The notes under the pieces were generated by a model, which saw nothing but the letters and a program-made list of their open reading frames with translations, was not told the DNA's origin and ran no database searches. Of a DNA stretch of 64,000 nucleotides, positions 41,050 to 54,812 are shown in pieces (within the stretch, counting starts at the first letter, position 1; each line of letters opens with the position of its first letter). A program made the position numbers and the translations under genes. Source of the stretch: Octopus vulgaris (Eukaryota); contig OX597827.1 in the NCBI GenBank assembly GCA_951406725.2, forward strand, positions 3,410,001 through 3,474,000, in the 5' to 3' direction.

Positions 41050-41920
41050 AAGGTGGCAAGCTTTCAGAATTGTTAGCACACTAGGCAAAATGCTTCATGA
41101 CATTTGGTCCATCTTTACATTCTGAGTTCAAATTCTACTGAAGTCGACTTTGACTTTTATTCTTTCAGGGTCATTAAAATAAGTATCAGTTGAACATTTG
41201 GGTTCTTGCAATCAACTTACCCACTCCTCTGGAAATTCGGGCTGGCCTTTGGCCAAACTTTGAAACCAATGTTATTATTGCTAAGGTGATTCTTGCTAAG
41301 GTGGCAAGCTGGCAGAATCCTTAGCATGTCGTGGAAAATGCTTAGTGGAATTTCTTTCAGTTCTTTATGAGTTATGTGCAAATTCCATGAATTTCACCCT
41401 TTCAGGATTGACAAAATAAAGTACCAGTCAAGTACTAAGATTGATATAATCAACAACTCATTCTCCAATTGCTGACCTTGTGTCAAAATTTGAAACAATT
41501 ATTATTGTTATTATTGTTATTGATAAAGATGAATTAGTAAAATCAGTAATTAGTTACACCCTTTGTTCTGAATTAAAATCCTGTTAAGTTGAACTTTATC
41601 ATTTACTCTCCTGGGCTACTGGAGTCAATATATACTTTGATCCACTATATTTCTGTCCCAAATTTTGTGGCTTTGAATCTATATTAAAATTAATAATTGT
41701 CTCTGATGTTAGACACAAAATAAGCAATTTTATGGTGTGGGAGAGGTTAATTATGTTGATTGCCAGTGATTAACAGGTACCTTATTTTATCAAACTCTGA
41801 AACTATGAAAGGTAAAGATGACATTGGCAGGATTTGAACTCAGAACATAAAGAGCCAAAGCCAATAACACAAGGAATATTGTTCAATACTCTGAAAATTC
41901 AGCCAATCTAACACCATTAA
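41050..41920. mobile_element. Cluster of SINE family 2 copies (41050-41270 +, 41298-41500 +, partial ~41520-41690 +, 41705-41920 -)
   Basis: Repeated aaggtggcaagct..cagaat heads; the last copy is reversed (ggcaggatttgaactcagaac). Confidence 0.75.
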
Positions 41921-43354
41921 TAATAAAATATTTGATATTTTTCAAAGAAATATCTAAATCAAAAGGGGGGGGTCGCCCCATGCGCTATATACAAAGTTCA
42001 GTTTCCCATAAACTAATTTTGTCCCCTGCAGTGTTTCCTGAATATGTGCTGTTGAAACTGAGGTGGTTTAATATGCAAGCACATCCTTTATATCATCAAA
42101 TACACTAATTATAATTTCTAAGAGAGACACAAAGCCATAAATTTGGAATGGATGCTGTCTATTTCTCCCACACAGTTTCACTAACAAGCCTTCCATCTCT
42201 GTTTCAGTACTGCAATCTCATGCAGTGATTTCCTAATCACTACTTCAGCAAGTACAGTGAAGTCTTACTGAAATAGTGATAAGGGAATCGTTTTAAGGAG
42301 ATAAACAGTGGAGACCTAAGAAACATGTCTGGGGTTGTTTCCTCCTACCTGCTTCTCCATAAGTCTTAAGAAAGGAGGAGAAGAGCAGGTTAGCTAATTG
42401 TATGATAAGAATCTACTGTCCTTTGTCCTATCCTTATTAGAATTTTTGTTAGTTTTTTTCTCTCCTCTTTCCCTGTACCATGTCAGTGTAAATTAACTAG
42501 ATAGGACATGGAGTGGGATGAATATCTATCTAAATTTTCTAGATAGTTGATAATTTAACAATGAGTATGTGACCAGAATACCAATACTAGATTGTTCGAT
42601 GTAACTATGTATTGCAAATATTATTAAAATGTATTGAGTGAGTGAGAGAGAGAGGCAGACAAACAGAGAGAATGATTGTTAAAGAAATATTTTTTAGCTA
42701 TTTTTACTGGTTTCAAACTGCAGCCAAGTCGGTGCACCGATTTTATGACAATTACATCAACCACAGTGTTTTGTCTAAAATATTTTTCTTATCAGCTTCA
42801 AAAAAGGATAAAGGCAAAAACAATCTAAGCATGATATGATATAATCAAATACCATTAAAAATATGTGTTTTTAGGCAAAACTTTAGATGAATGAAGAACT
42901 CAGTTTTTACATTCAAATTGAGTATCAATAAACTTGAATGTATGGTATTGAGTGAACAACATTGAGTAGAACACTGAATGGAGTATAGAACATCGAGTGC
43001 ACAACACTGGTAAGGCCTTGGCTGGTCAATACTGACCATGTACATGTACAAAATGTGCAGGCCTCAGCAAGATTTTTATTTAGAAAGACAAGCAGCTGCC
43101 CTTGCATGTAAGTCTTTCATCTCCATACCACAGATATTTGTCTGAGGGAAACTCTGGAAACTTGCCACCAGTGGGTCAAAGACACTGCAGTTGGAAAACA
43201 AAGACCCAGAACAGACACCACAAGGTTTTGCACCCTTTAATATTATATACTCAGTTCTGATCACTCTGTTTACGCACTGCTGTATTCTACTCAGTGTTAT
43301 TTACAAAACATTGTACACTCAATTTTATTGACAGATCATCAATAAAATTACTGA

Positions 43355-43535
43355 CATTTAAACTGCCCATATCTGACCAAGATATTCTACCAGCTATCCT
43401 GTATTGACATTCTAAATCATATACAATCATATATAACTGAAATCTGAAAGCCATGACATCATGCATGATTAATTCAGGACAATGAGAATAACTGGAATTA
43501 GATTAGACAAAGTAATCTGAATGCTAAAGGGTTAC
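43355..43535. mobile_element. piggyBac MITE family 1, degenerate
   Basis: Ends gtaatctgaatgctaaagggtta; opposite orientation to 44205-44433. Confidence 0.6.
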
Positions 43536-44204
43536 ATGATACCAGTCACTCTTTTTGTATTGAGTTCTTCATTCATGTAATGTTTGCCTCTAAAAACAGT
43601 TTCATGATATTTAGTTACAGCTCTTTATGCTTTAACATTTCCACCAATCCACTGGCCAATATTGGAAATTTTACTTTTAACAATTCTTAATGAATGAATG
43701 ACAAAATACAACATTCAGTCTGTAACAGTGACGATACCTTAGATATGTTTCAGCCAAAGTTTAGCCCAGGCTATGTCTAACTTAATAGCACCACTTGATA
43801 AGATCTTTAAAGTCATTTTTAAGGCAAGTTTTGTGGTATCATGACCCAAATAAAGTAGGGAGTTGTTGACTGAGATGTATTCAGCTATAGGTGGTTTATC
43901 TGGTATTGTTTGAAGAAATTTGTCTGGGTTTCATTTGAAGGTGATAAGATCTTTTTCTTTTTTGGTTTGTTTTAAGATAATATAAAATAAAGCAGGGCTA
44001 GTCGAGGAAAAGAAATTGTGTTGCAGTGAATTTATGTATAGTTAGTCTGACTTGTGGGAGGGGCATATGGCACATGGCCCCAGTCTTGGATGAATTCTGA
44101 ATTTGACGTTAAGGTTGTTTGGGCAATGCTGGTGGTATATTCTCCACATTGTGCAAATGATTTAGCTCTTATGGGGACACTGGAGAGAATAAAGACTCAC
44201 TGTT

Positions 44205-44433
44205 TTAACCCTTTAGTGTTCACATTATTCTGCCAAAATTAATCCTTTTTTATCCACATTGTTTTGAACTAATCATGCATTATCTTGTAGCTATGAGATT
44301 TTTATGAGGTAGCTGTTAATTTTTCACACGATATTGTAGGGTTGGTGTGAGAGACCAGATCTGGCCAGTTTGAACATAAAACAGGTAGAATACTTTTGGC
44401 CAGATATGGCCAGTTTAAATGCTAAAGGGTTAA
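44205..44433. mobile_element. piggyBac-type MITE (family 1), complete
   Basis: TTAA-CCCTTTAGTGTTCA ... AAATGCTAAAGGG-TTAA. Confidence 0.88.
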
Positions 44434-45819
44434 GGTTTTCCCCAATAACCAAGATCAGTATAACTCTAAGTGTTAAGTATTGAATGTACAAGCAGAGCTC
44501 AACATTCATAAGGATCTATTATTACCTGTTAATGCAATAACATACCCGCTTGTTCATTACATTTCTTATATCATATAACTTTGACATATTTTATTACTGA
44601 TGTCAACTGAAAATGCTGAGTAAGTAATGAAGCTGGATTAAGTCTGTCACATAATCCACATTGAAATGGATGAAAGCTAAAAGACATCGTTAAAACTTTA
44701 GTTTCACAAAGTTAAACAAAGATGGCAGAGCAAACAAAATATAAAAAGAAAACGGTAAAAAATGAAAACATGATATGTAAAAAAAAAAAAACCCTCAGTA
44801 AATAATGAATTTCATTAGGAATAAGAAGAAATTCTTGTAATTCATACAAATGTATTCTTTCTAAATAGAAAAAGACACTTGACTGTGGATACTAGAGAAA
44901 AATTTAATTAATATAGGATTCACAATAAAACATTAAAAACAAAAATATTTCAACTATGAAGATGATATGGAGGAGGAAGGAGTGATGCTGATGATGATTA
45001 TGATAAGGATTTTGAGAAGGAAGATAATCATCTGTAGATAATAGTGAAGAAGATGATAGTGGTGGTGGTGGTGGTGGTGATGTTTATAATACTGATGTTA
45101 ATAAGCTGATATCAATGATGATGATGATAATGATGATGTTGAAGCTTATGATGATGATATTCATCATGTCAGTAGTCTGTTATTATTATCATGAAGATGA
45201 TGAAAGACAGCAAAGGCAAAGATGGTGGTAGTGGTGGTGAACAGGTAATAGTGGTTGTGGTGGGGATGCTATTGATGATAAAAGTTATTACAATTATGGT
45301 GAAGGTAGGGTGTTGGCAATGACAGTGATTACAATGACGACAATGGTTGTGGATGAAGTAAGGGTGGGTGTTGTGGTGGTAGTGGTGATGTGATAGCACA
45401 ATAAATGACAGGTGTAGGCATTGGAGAGTGATGCTGATAAGTAATGATGCCGCAGATAGTAAGGAATATTCTTATATATATATAAAGAGAGAGAGAGATA
45501 ATAAAAAACATGGAAAAAATAAACAAAAACGAAAAAACTTACAATAGATAAATTAAATACTCTTATAAGTAATCTATGATTTCAAAATTTATTAACTGAA
45601 ATTTAATTGAAATATGAGACTCAGAGGAACATTGGCTGAGGAAAGGAGAGAAGAAGGAAAGTATACAAATATAATAAATAAATAAATAAATAAATAAATA
45701 ATGGGGAAAAAATGAAAACAAATTAAGTTACTTTAATATAGGACTTGAAAATGCATGTGTATGAGTGTGCATAAACATATAAATATATATATATACACAT
45801 ATATATGTGCATGTGTATA

Positions 45820-45950
45820 TATCTGTGGAAGAGCGTAGGCACGAAGCATTAAAGACTTTTTCAATTCCTGAGCATTATACTAATACATCTGTTTGTTTTC
45901 TACACCACCTGACTTCGTCTTTTGTTTTTTTTTTGTGTGAATTCTCCCTA
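45820..45950 (+). mobile_element. Degenerate Penelope-type terminal fragment
   Basis: ctgtggaagagcgtaggcacgaagcattaaa..ttcctgagc..taatac..tttgtt, homologous to 2936-3010; follows a TA tract. Confidence 0.45.
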
Positions 45951-46226
45951 TTAATTGCTGGTAGGAACACCACATTTATTCTGTTTTGCCACCATAATAT
46001 ATTACCAACTATATCAAAGTCGATATTGTTTCCTTCTTTTGTGTTAGCAATGCAATATAATCAGTTATTGATAGATGATATCGGTTTTCAAAATGGAGGC
46101 TTAAACCTTGCTAAACTTAGTGGGTATTTAAGCAATGTGTTCATGGATAGCTGATGGGTTGGATGCTGTAATGAAGAAGGAGCAATAACTCCTGAAATGC
46201 ATATATACACACATACGAGTATCTGA

Positions 46227-46266
<40 letters not shown>

Positions 46267-46347
46267 ATGCATCTGTGTTTGTGCTTAGACATAGAGGAAA
46301 ACACAAAATGCTGTGACTTTCACTGCTGGCACTAAAACTCTAAATTC

Positions 46348-46381
<34 letters not shown>

Positions 46382-46499
46382 TAGACGGACAGACAGATAG
46401 ATATGATAGATAGATAGATAGATAGATAGAATGGTAGATAGGTAGAGAGAGAGAGAGAGATAGAGAGAGAGATAGATAGACAGATAGATAGATAGAATG

Positions 46500-46508
46500 G
46501 TAGATAGG

Positions 46509-46544
<36 letters not shown>

Positions 46545-46935
46545 TAGATAGATAGATTTACACATACACACACACGATATACTGAGACATTTGTGTGTGT
46601 GTTTGTGTGCAAGTTTGTATGTTTAGATATTAAGTGTAGACAAGTAGGAAAACCATTTTCAGTGTTATTGAAATCTGAAACACAGGAATGAAGGAATAAA
46701 CATATTGAGCAAAAGTGAACTTTGAATATGAAGCAATGTCTTCTGAGAAACAGACTGAATGACAAAAAGATTATATACATATATGGAAAATAATAAGATA
46801 TGGCATATAGATTATAATGTGTATGGGTATATGTATATGAGAGAATCTATAGATGTTTGTGTGAGTATAGATAGACATGATAGTATGTACGATATATATA
46901 TAGATAGGTAGATAGACAGACAGACAGACACACAC

Positions 46936-46972
<37 letters not shown>

Positions 46973-47295
46973 TAGATAGATAGATAGATAGATTTACACA
47001 TACACACACACATATACACAGACATTTGTGTGTATTTTCTTGCAAGTTTGTATGTTTAGATATTAAGTGTAGAAAGTAGGAAAACCATTTTCAGTGTTAT
47101 TGAAATCTGAAAACAGGAATGAAGGAATAAACATATTGAGCAAAAGTGAACTTTGAATATGAAGCAATGTCTTCTGAGAAACAGACTGAATGAAAACAAA
47201 AAGATTATATACATATATGGAGAATAACCAAGATATGGCATATATATTATAAGTGTATGGGTATATGTATATGGGAATCTATATGTATGTTTGTG
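46500..47295 (+). repeat. Tandem duplication, unit ~436 bp (GATA/GACA tract plus unique segment)
   Basis: 46557-46860 is near-identical to 46993-47295. Confidence 0.9.
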
Positions 47296-47333
47296 TGTGT
47301 ATATGTGGGCATGCATATGTGTGTATGTACGTA

Positions 47334-47368
<35 letters not shown>

Positions 47369-47369
47369 G

Positions 47370-47427
<58 letters not shown>

Positions 47428-47612
47428 ATGTATGTATTATGTACCTGTGTGTGTGTGTATGTGTCTGCATACATGTGTATGAATATATACCATTCTTATG
47501 TAGTTCATTATCACAGCTAAAGCTTTCTAATATTTAAATTTATTTCAGTATTTCTGATTCACACTGTGATGTACAAAAATATATGTGCATACATGTGTGG
47601 ATACATACATAT

Positions 47613-47829
47613 TGTTGTAGGGAATTAGTAATAATGGTACACCCCTCCCACGTGACAAATGGAATAACCTAGTCACTCTAAGTAAAGCAAAGTACGTGAA
47701 GTACCAGAGTACGTCGTAGACAGTCAGAGATAGTGGTGCCTTTACTGATTTTGTTAAGTATACTGTATACTGAAATGGGGGCGTTATAACAACCAAGCAT
47801 TTTAAGGTTATAATAGTGGCAACGAGGAT
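47613..47829 (+). mobile_element. Probable short LTR followed by a Gypsy-type primer-binding site
   Basis: Starts TGTTGTAG, ends ..ttataata, followed by GTGGCAACGAGGAT (TGGCGACGAGG-like PBS); CpG-richer than the flanks. Confidence 0.4.
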
Positions 47830-47966
47830 TTAAACAACTCATGAGGAATTAGTAAACTCTACGAGGAATTAACGACTAACAAGGAGGTAACAAAATCACA
47901 AAAGTTTTGTTGTGTGAATTTCATGGGAAAAAAGTCATAAAATCATGGAAAATTTGTCAGTCAGCT

Positions 47967-48132
47967 TACTCATTTACTTGTTTCAGTCATTTGACTGCGG
48001 CCATACTGGAGCACCACCTTTAGTCGAGCAAATTGACCCCAGGACTTATTCTGTGTAAGGTGCCATGCAATGGGATTGAACCTGAATCTAAATAGTTACA
48101 AAGCAAGCTTCTTAACTACACAGTCCCATGAC
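47967..48132 (-). mobile_element. SINE family 1, internally deleted
   Basis: tttacttgtttcagtcatttgactgcggcc (reverse complement of the tail) joined to the reverse complement of the head. Confidence 0.8.
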
Positions 48133-48432
48133 TGAAATACATGAAAAAAAAAAGGGAGATATCTATATTCTTATGAAAAGAAAAGTGCAGATTGCAACTG
48201 ATAGTGTTGTCCTAGGTGCACTGATAGAATGACAATGATTAGAATACTCTTGGACACAAGTCCATTTAACCAGCTCCCACCCAGTGCCAATTAACAACAA
48301 TGTGTATCAACCAACACAACCCCTCACACAACCAAACGCCCCCACTCCATTACAGGTATCCAGGCATACCAGCAACATACCTCAGGATACCTTATTAGAA
48401 ACATAATTTCTCTCCTATATTTTTCAATCTAG

Positions 48433-48770
48433 AGGCACAGGCATAGTTGTGTAGTAAGAAGCTTGCTTCCTAACCACATGGTTTCAGGTTCAGTCCCATT
48501 GCATGGCACCCATTGTGTATACATATATATATATATATATATGAAAATATTTATGTGTATGTGTCTTTAAATCAGTGTTTGTCCCCCACCATCACTTGAC
48601 AACTTGTGTTGGTGTGTTTACATCCCCATAACTTAGTAGTTTGGCAATAGAATAAGTACCAGGCCTAAGAAAAAATGTCCTTGGATCAATTTGTTAGACT
48701 AAAACCCTTCAAAGCAGTGCTCCAGCATGGCTGCATTCAAATGATTGAAACGAGTAAAAGATAAAAGACA
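48433..48770 (+). mobile_element. SINE family 1
   Basis: Head and tail match 20421-20822; a second, headless copy lies at ~48975-49295. Confidence 0.85.
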
Positions 48771-48802
48771 AAAATATAGTGTTTTCGTTTATGTAAGGAG
48801 TC

Positions 48803-48959
48803 TCAGACATTTACCCCCTAGGGACAATAACCAGCCGCAAGACGATTTAAAACTTCTTAATATATTGGAGAGGAGGTAATTAACCAAGGGAGGTAATTTT
48901 CCTTGGGGGTGGTTGTTGTCGGGGGGTGTGTGTGCTCGCAGGGGTAATAGTCCTGATAC
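48803..48959. mobile_element. Small MITE-like element with inverted ends
   Basis: gacatttaccccc ... ggggtaatagtc, with internal ggtaatt subrepeats. Confidence 0.4.
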
Positions 48960-50026
48960 ATATATAGTCCTGAGCCATGTGCAAGTGTTTTCTACTATAT
49001 CCCTGCCTTGTAAGTGAATTTGTTAGACTGAAACAGTGTGTGTGTGTGTGTGTTTTTATGTGTGCATGCATGTGTGTCTTTGTGTATGTATTTCTCCCTG
49101 CCACGGCTTGACAACTGGTATGGGTTGGTTTACATTCCTGTAGACAAACTTAGTGTCTCAGCAAATTAGACCAACAGAATAAGTACCAGACTTTAAAAAG
49201 AAGAAAAAATTGCCGAGGTTAGTTTGTTTGACTAAGCACTTCAAAGCAATGCCCCAGCATGGCCACAGTCCAATGACTGAAACAAATAAGAGACAAAAAA
49301 AAATAAGCTAAAACCATATTTCCAAATGCAAAGGCACAAATTCATGCCTTAAAACAGTGGCAACATCAACCACTTGCTTCTTTAAAGATGAAACACTGCC
49401 TTAGGTCTTCAAACTTCTTTGAATAAATTCTCAGCCATTGTAACTGTCATCATCATCTTCATTTAATGTCCGTTTTCCATGCTGGCATAGGTTGGATGGT
49501 TTGACAGAAGCTGACCAACTGAAGAGCTGCCCAGGATCTGTGTCTGTTTTGGCATGGTCTCTATGACTGGATGCCTTTCCTAACAACAACCACTTTACAG
49601 AGTGTACTGGGTGCATTTACACAACACCAGCACAAGCGCATTTTATGTGGCATCAGTACAGGTGCTTTTTACATGGCACCAGTACCCATGGGTCCGCAAG
49701 GTAAAGAAGGCACAATCACACGATTATACATCAGCCTTGGGTAGTAAGATTTAATATGCTACCCAATTTAACACCACCACATAGCACCTTACACTCCTTT
49801 AGTGGAGTTCCCTGTTTCAATCTTTTGGGCTAGTCTCCTGATTGAGGATACTTTCCTTTCTCTATACCTGTCTCTGAAGCCCTTTACCTCCCAACTAAAG
49901 TTGAAAAAAGAAAAAAAAATCCACAATCCCAGTCATGTGATGAAAGTGATAGTTTGACCTTCTGTGATTAGAAGAAAATAGATCCGAAAGTGAACAATTC
50001 TACAGAGCTTTTCCTAGTACCTATAA

Positions 50027-50250
50027 CCTATTTCTTTACTACCCACAAGGGGCTAAACACAGAGGGGACAGACAAAAGGATTAAGTCGATTACATCGACC
50101 CCAGTGTGTAACTGCTACTTAATTTATTGACCCCAAAAGGATGAAAGGCAAAGTTGACCTCGGTGGAATTTGAACTCAGAACGTAACGGCAGACGAAATA
50201 CAGCTACGCATTTCGCCTGACGTGCTAATGTTTCTGCCAGCTCGCCGCCT
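50027..50250 (-). mobile_element. SINE family 2, young full-length copy
   Basis: Minus strand ggcggcgagctggcagaaac...gagttcaaattcc (B box)...gtttagccccttgtgggtagtaaagaaatagg; flanked by the direct repeat ctagtaccta(t) (probable TSD). Confidence 0.9.
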
Positions 50251-53200
50251 TTCTAGTACCTATTACCATCAGCTAGCTGATACAGTACAATAAAGATGAA
50301 AGTTTTAACTGCAGTATATTTGAACAGGCTGTCGTTGATCAGATAGTCTAATACAATACCCATCGGTTTTACTACAATATGTCTGTATGTATGTATTATT
50401 AATGTTATTGTTTATGTTTAGGTTAACCTCCTTTGAGGGGATAAATGAACAAAGGTGTTTGAGTCATAATAATAGCTTATTTTTAGCCATTGTTTGGCCA
50501 TCAGAAATATTCCCTAACTCAGAAAATAGGTGAGGATTAGCAACAGGAAGAGCATCTGATCATAGAAAAGGCTGCCTCGACAAATTCTGTCTGACCCATG
50601 CAAGCAGGGAAGGTGGATATTTGACGATGATGCAGTATCTCATCTAACAGGAGGTTTCTCTTTAATATGGTAGAGTGATTCAAGGGAGATTTGGTTACTA
50701 CTTTTATTTCAACAAAATAAGAGACTTTGTAAGGCTCTCTCAATGTGTCACGTGTATATGTAGGTGTACATATGTCTTAGATAGATCCAGTTCGGTAACC
50801 CTTTGGAGATGAAGTACGCTGCTGCTTCTACAACAGAAGGAGCACTATTTTTCATTATGTATAAATCAATAGAATAACAGCATTAAAACTCAGAATTCTT
50901 TGTAAAAAGTTTCAAAAAGTATCCAAATCTCAATGAACAAAGAATAACACACAGAGATATAAATTCTTTCTCTTTACTAGCACAAGGATAGTTGTTCAAT
51001 AACCCAGCCTGATCATCTTATATAAAGTTAGATAAATTATACAGTAAGTTACAGGTATATATCCATTTGAGAAATATATTTGGGGTGGTTTACTACACTT
51101 TGTAACATAATCTTCAGAAAATAATAAACTCAATATTCTGTTTTACACACTGAAGACTAGCTACATTTTTAAAATTGAGTTTAGGCAAATCTTAGCAATG
51201 GGAATTGACTAAACTTTGGCTGTCAGTGACAGGCTCAGCTTAATTTTGGCAGTAGAGATTCTGTTGAATTTTCTAGAATAACATCCAATTTCAAAACCAT
51301 TTTAAAAATTTTCTTTGTTATTTATAAGACACAAAGTATTGTTTTACAGAACAATTGTATTGGAAGCCTTCTGAGAGTTACGTTCTATAAGAAATGTGGA
51401 ATGCAATCTGTTGAGAGAATATGGGATTACATAAAAAGGGTACATGAAATTAGATATTAATGAACAATAGAAATATGTATTCTCCCTCTTTCACACACAT
51501 ACAACACAAACATAAAGATATATGTGCACACACATGCATACACACAGAGGGAGGGAGGGAAAGAGATGCTTGAAGTCTAAACACGAGAAAATATACTCAA
51601 TACATATAATGCACTTTATTCATTCACTTAAAGCTGATGATTCTCTCAACCAGCAATTTAAGTTTCAAGCTTTGTGCCGTATTTCATGCAACAAGAAAAG
51701 GAATCTTTTTGCTGCATGGACTACACACAGGCACTGAGCAGCTGTTGAAGAACCACCAGTGACAAATGAATATATAACAATAACAACAATAGTTTCTGAT
51801 TTAGACACAAGGCCGTCAATTTAGATGAGTGGGGGTAAACTGATATCACAGACCACACCCCAGACCTAACTAGTCCTTTATTTTATCGACCTCTGGGATT
51901 TAAGCTCGATATGTAGAGGTGAAAAAGCAAAAAATAAATAAGGCATTTTATCTGATGCACCAACAACACAACATAATTTGTGAGTTGCTTCATGAACAAA
52001 GTAGAATGCGCTAAAGTAGATTGGTTGTAACACCTAGTTAAAGACAGGTACTGTTTCATAACTTTTAAATATTATAATATTGTGTGTGTGTGTATTTTGG
52101 ATGGATAGATGGATGGATGGATGGATGGATACATAGCTAGATGATATATAGGCACACATTAACCTGTTGTTACCAGATTGTCATATCAACAGAAATGGAT
52201 TATATCCTCTAAACAAGTAACTGAATGGAGACCCTAACAGACTCTACTCCTTGAGGTATTCAGTACCTTTTTTGTATCTAAGTTTTGCTCAAACAAACAA
52301 AATACAGGGACAATGCAAAGACAAGCCTACACATGCATAGATACATAAACATACACAGACACGTGAAGTTTTCATGGTGTAGATTATACAAACTAGTCTC
52401 AATTGTTCTTTTGAACTATTTTACTTCAAATTTATGCCATTAATGTCTTTGGGAAAGGCATAAATACCACAAACTAACATTTTCTTTCCCCTACTTCCTT
52501 CCTTAGTCACACAGAAGAATATCTGATAATAAAAAAAAAGTCAAACATACAACCATTGTTCATACTTGCATCTGATAAATATTTATTGATTAACAGATGG
52601 GAATGTGTGTGTAAGTGTATACGTGTGTGTGTGTGGGTGTGTGGTGGGGGAGTATGGTTATTGAACATAAACACTCTTTGTTTCTTTCACCAACGCTCAC
52701 ACATATTTTCCGGTGTTATCTCGTAAAATATATGCATATATTCTCTTTCAGCAATGCAACGAAACAAACACGACTGTAGACTTAACATTTTATGTGTGAT
52801 ACAAAGAGAGAGAGAGAGAGAGAGACATGAGAAAGATGGGGGAAAGATGATGTGATGGGGTGATTAGGTGATGAGGATCTATATTTTCCAGTTGACACCA
52901 ACCTCTGGGACTAGAACACCAGAGAAATATCTCGCTGAACTAAACTGCAGTCAAGAGACTCTAATAATGGAAGTAGTCTCACTCGGAGATTAAAACTAAT
53001 GTTAGATATTATCACTAGTAAACAACTGAGAAAGAATCAGCACCCAGCCATCGACATTTCCAATTTATGAGTGTCACAGAAACTCGAACACATCAACGAA
53101 GATGATTCTTGTTTGCTTTTGTTTTTTTTCTTTCTTCACTGCTCTTTATTCAAATACTAATAGTAGAGTTCACTTTAAACTGGGTTCTAAAAGCCACTGA

Positions 53201-54648
53201 CATGCAATAGGTTAAGAAATATGACTATTTAAATTTCAAAGAATCTTTTACTTTAGAGGATTAGAGGTATGCTCCATGGTAGAGAGTTTTTTTTTTGCAG
53301 TTTGCAGAAGTAAATTGGTTATGGAAAAAAAACTTGGTGTAATTCTAGATTGGTGTTTTACAGAGATTCCTTGGATGGGAATTCATCAGAGATGAAGAAA
53401 AAAATGTGATAGCAAATAAAATTTTGGGAACTAGATTTGCAGCTGTGTGGAAAAGAAAGATGGTGGTAATGATATGTCAGGGCACACACACAAGTTACAG
53501 GAAGATGAATATAAGAAAAGCAGCATGGGTAGGTAAATAGGTTCATAAGAGTATGAAGGAAAATAACAGATGAATAGAGATGGAAATAGAAGTTAAATGC
53601 GGTGAGAGGTGAACATGGTAGGGGCAGAGTCAATAATACATATTAATATGTGTTTCAACAGTAAGCTTAAAAAAGCCAACAAAGGATTCCCTATGTAATT
53701 GCTTGACCTACTAAAAAAACAGCCAAATTTCCCTCAAATTTCACACATAACTACGCTTGAAAAGAAAGGCAAATTAGATAATGTAATCCTGGATTCGTTA
53801 TGCATAAGAAAATGATGCGACAGTCACTGCAAAAATACCGTTGGCCAAAAGTATAATTAACCAGAGCTAAGTTGGAGATAAACAGCAAAAACAATTAATA
53901 AGTCTACATATAACCTCTGTTAGAAGGTTGCGATTATTAAAAAGAAGCTTTTCCCTCTCTCTCTCTCTCATACACACATGCACACAACACACATACACAC
54001 ACACATATAAGTTTGAGCTTGTGTGTGCGTGTATGCGTGTCCTCTGCTTCATAGTTGAGTGAAATAAGCTCGAGAGTTCAGTGGAATGAGAAAGAACACT
54101 TGATCCCGACATGCAAGCTTCTACATATTAAAAAACCATATGCATATATGTCATACATATAATACATTATATATACAAATATATACACACACACATTACA
54201 CACATACATATAAATGGGTTTGCTAAAGTGTACAAGGTGTCAAAAAAAGGTGAGTATTAAAAAAGAAAAACACCAGCCATCTCAATATTTTATGTAGTCT
54301 ATGTCTAACACAAAACACAAACACAATTGTGAAACATGCAAAAATACATAAATTCACAAATGTGCACTTGCATGCACACACACAGAGTCACGCACAGAAA
54401 TAGACACCCGTGAATTGAAAATATTCAGAAAATACACAGAAACAAACATAGGCTCATTAGCATAAAATTATTCATAAATGCAAACATACAGCCTCCACTC
54501 ATTCATATCACCCACACAAAAATACACAGAGTTACAAATGTGCTTACACACTCCACAAAAACCGATGTGACAACATCAACACATATACAGACATACTTTC
54601 ATACGCACATGCATGCATGTGTGTGTGTGTGTGTATGTGTGTGTTTGT

Positions 54649-54680
<32 letters not shown>

Positions 54681-54682
<2 letters not shown>

Positions 54683-54812
54683 TTATTATATAGAAGGAGC
54701 TTCTACAGGACTAGTACTGTTTCATTCAAGAGAAATCTTCAGGAAGCTTCCTGAAGATTTCTCTTGAATGAAACAGTACTAGTCCTGTAGAAGCTCCTTC
54801 TATATAATAAAT
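54681..54812. repeat. Perfect 132-bp spacerless palindrome
   Basis: atttattatatagaaggagcttctacaggactagtactgtttcattcaagagaaatcttcaggaag|cttcctgaagatttctcttgaatgaaacagtactagtcctgtagaagctccttctatataataaat. Confidence 0.97.

Noticed and set aside
42900-43260. Complex sequence in the intron, considered as an extra exon or Tc1-like relic
   Set aside because: No convincing splice pair giving a phase-compatible frame was found; TE similarity is only marginal
44950-45470. Asp/Gly/His-rich reading frames
   Set aside because: Degenerate (GAT/GGT)n low-complexity sequence with stops and no splice support
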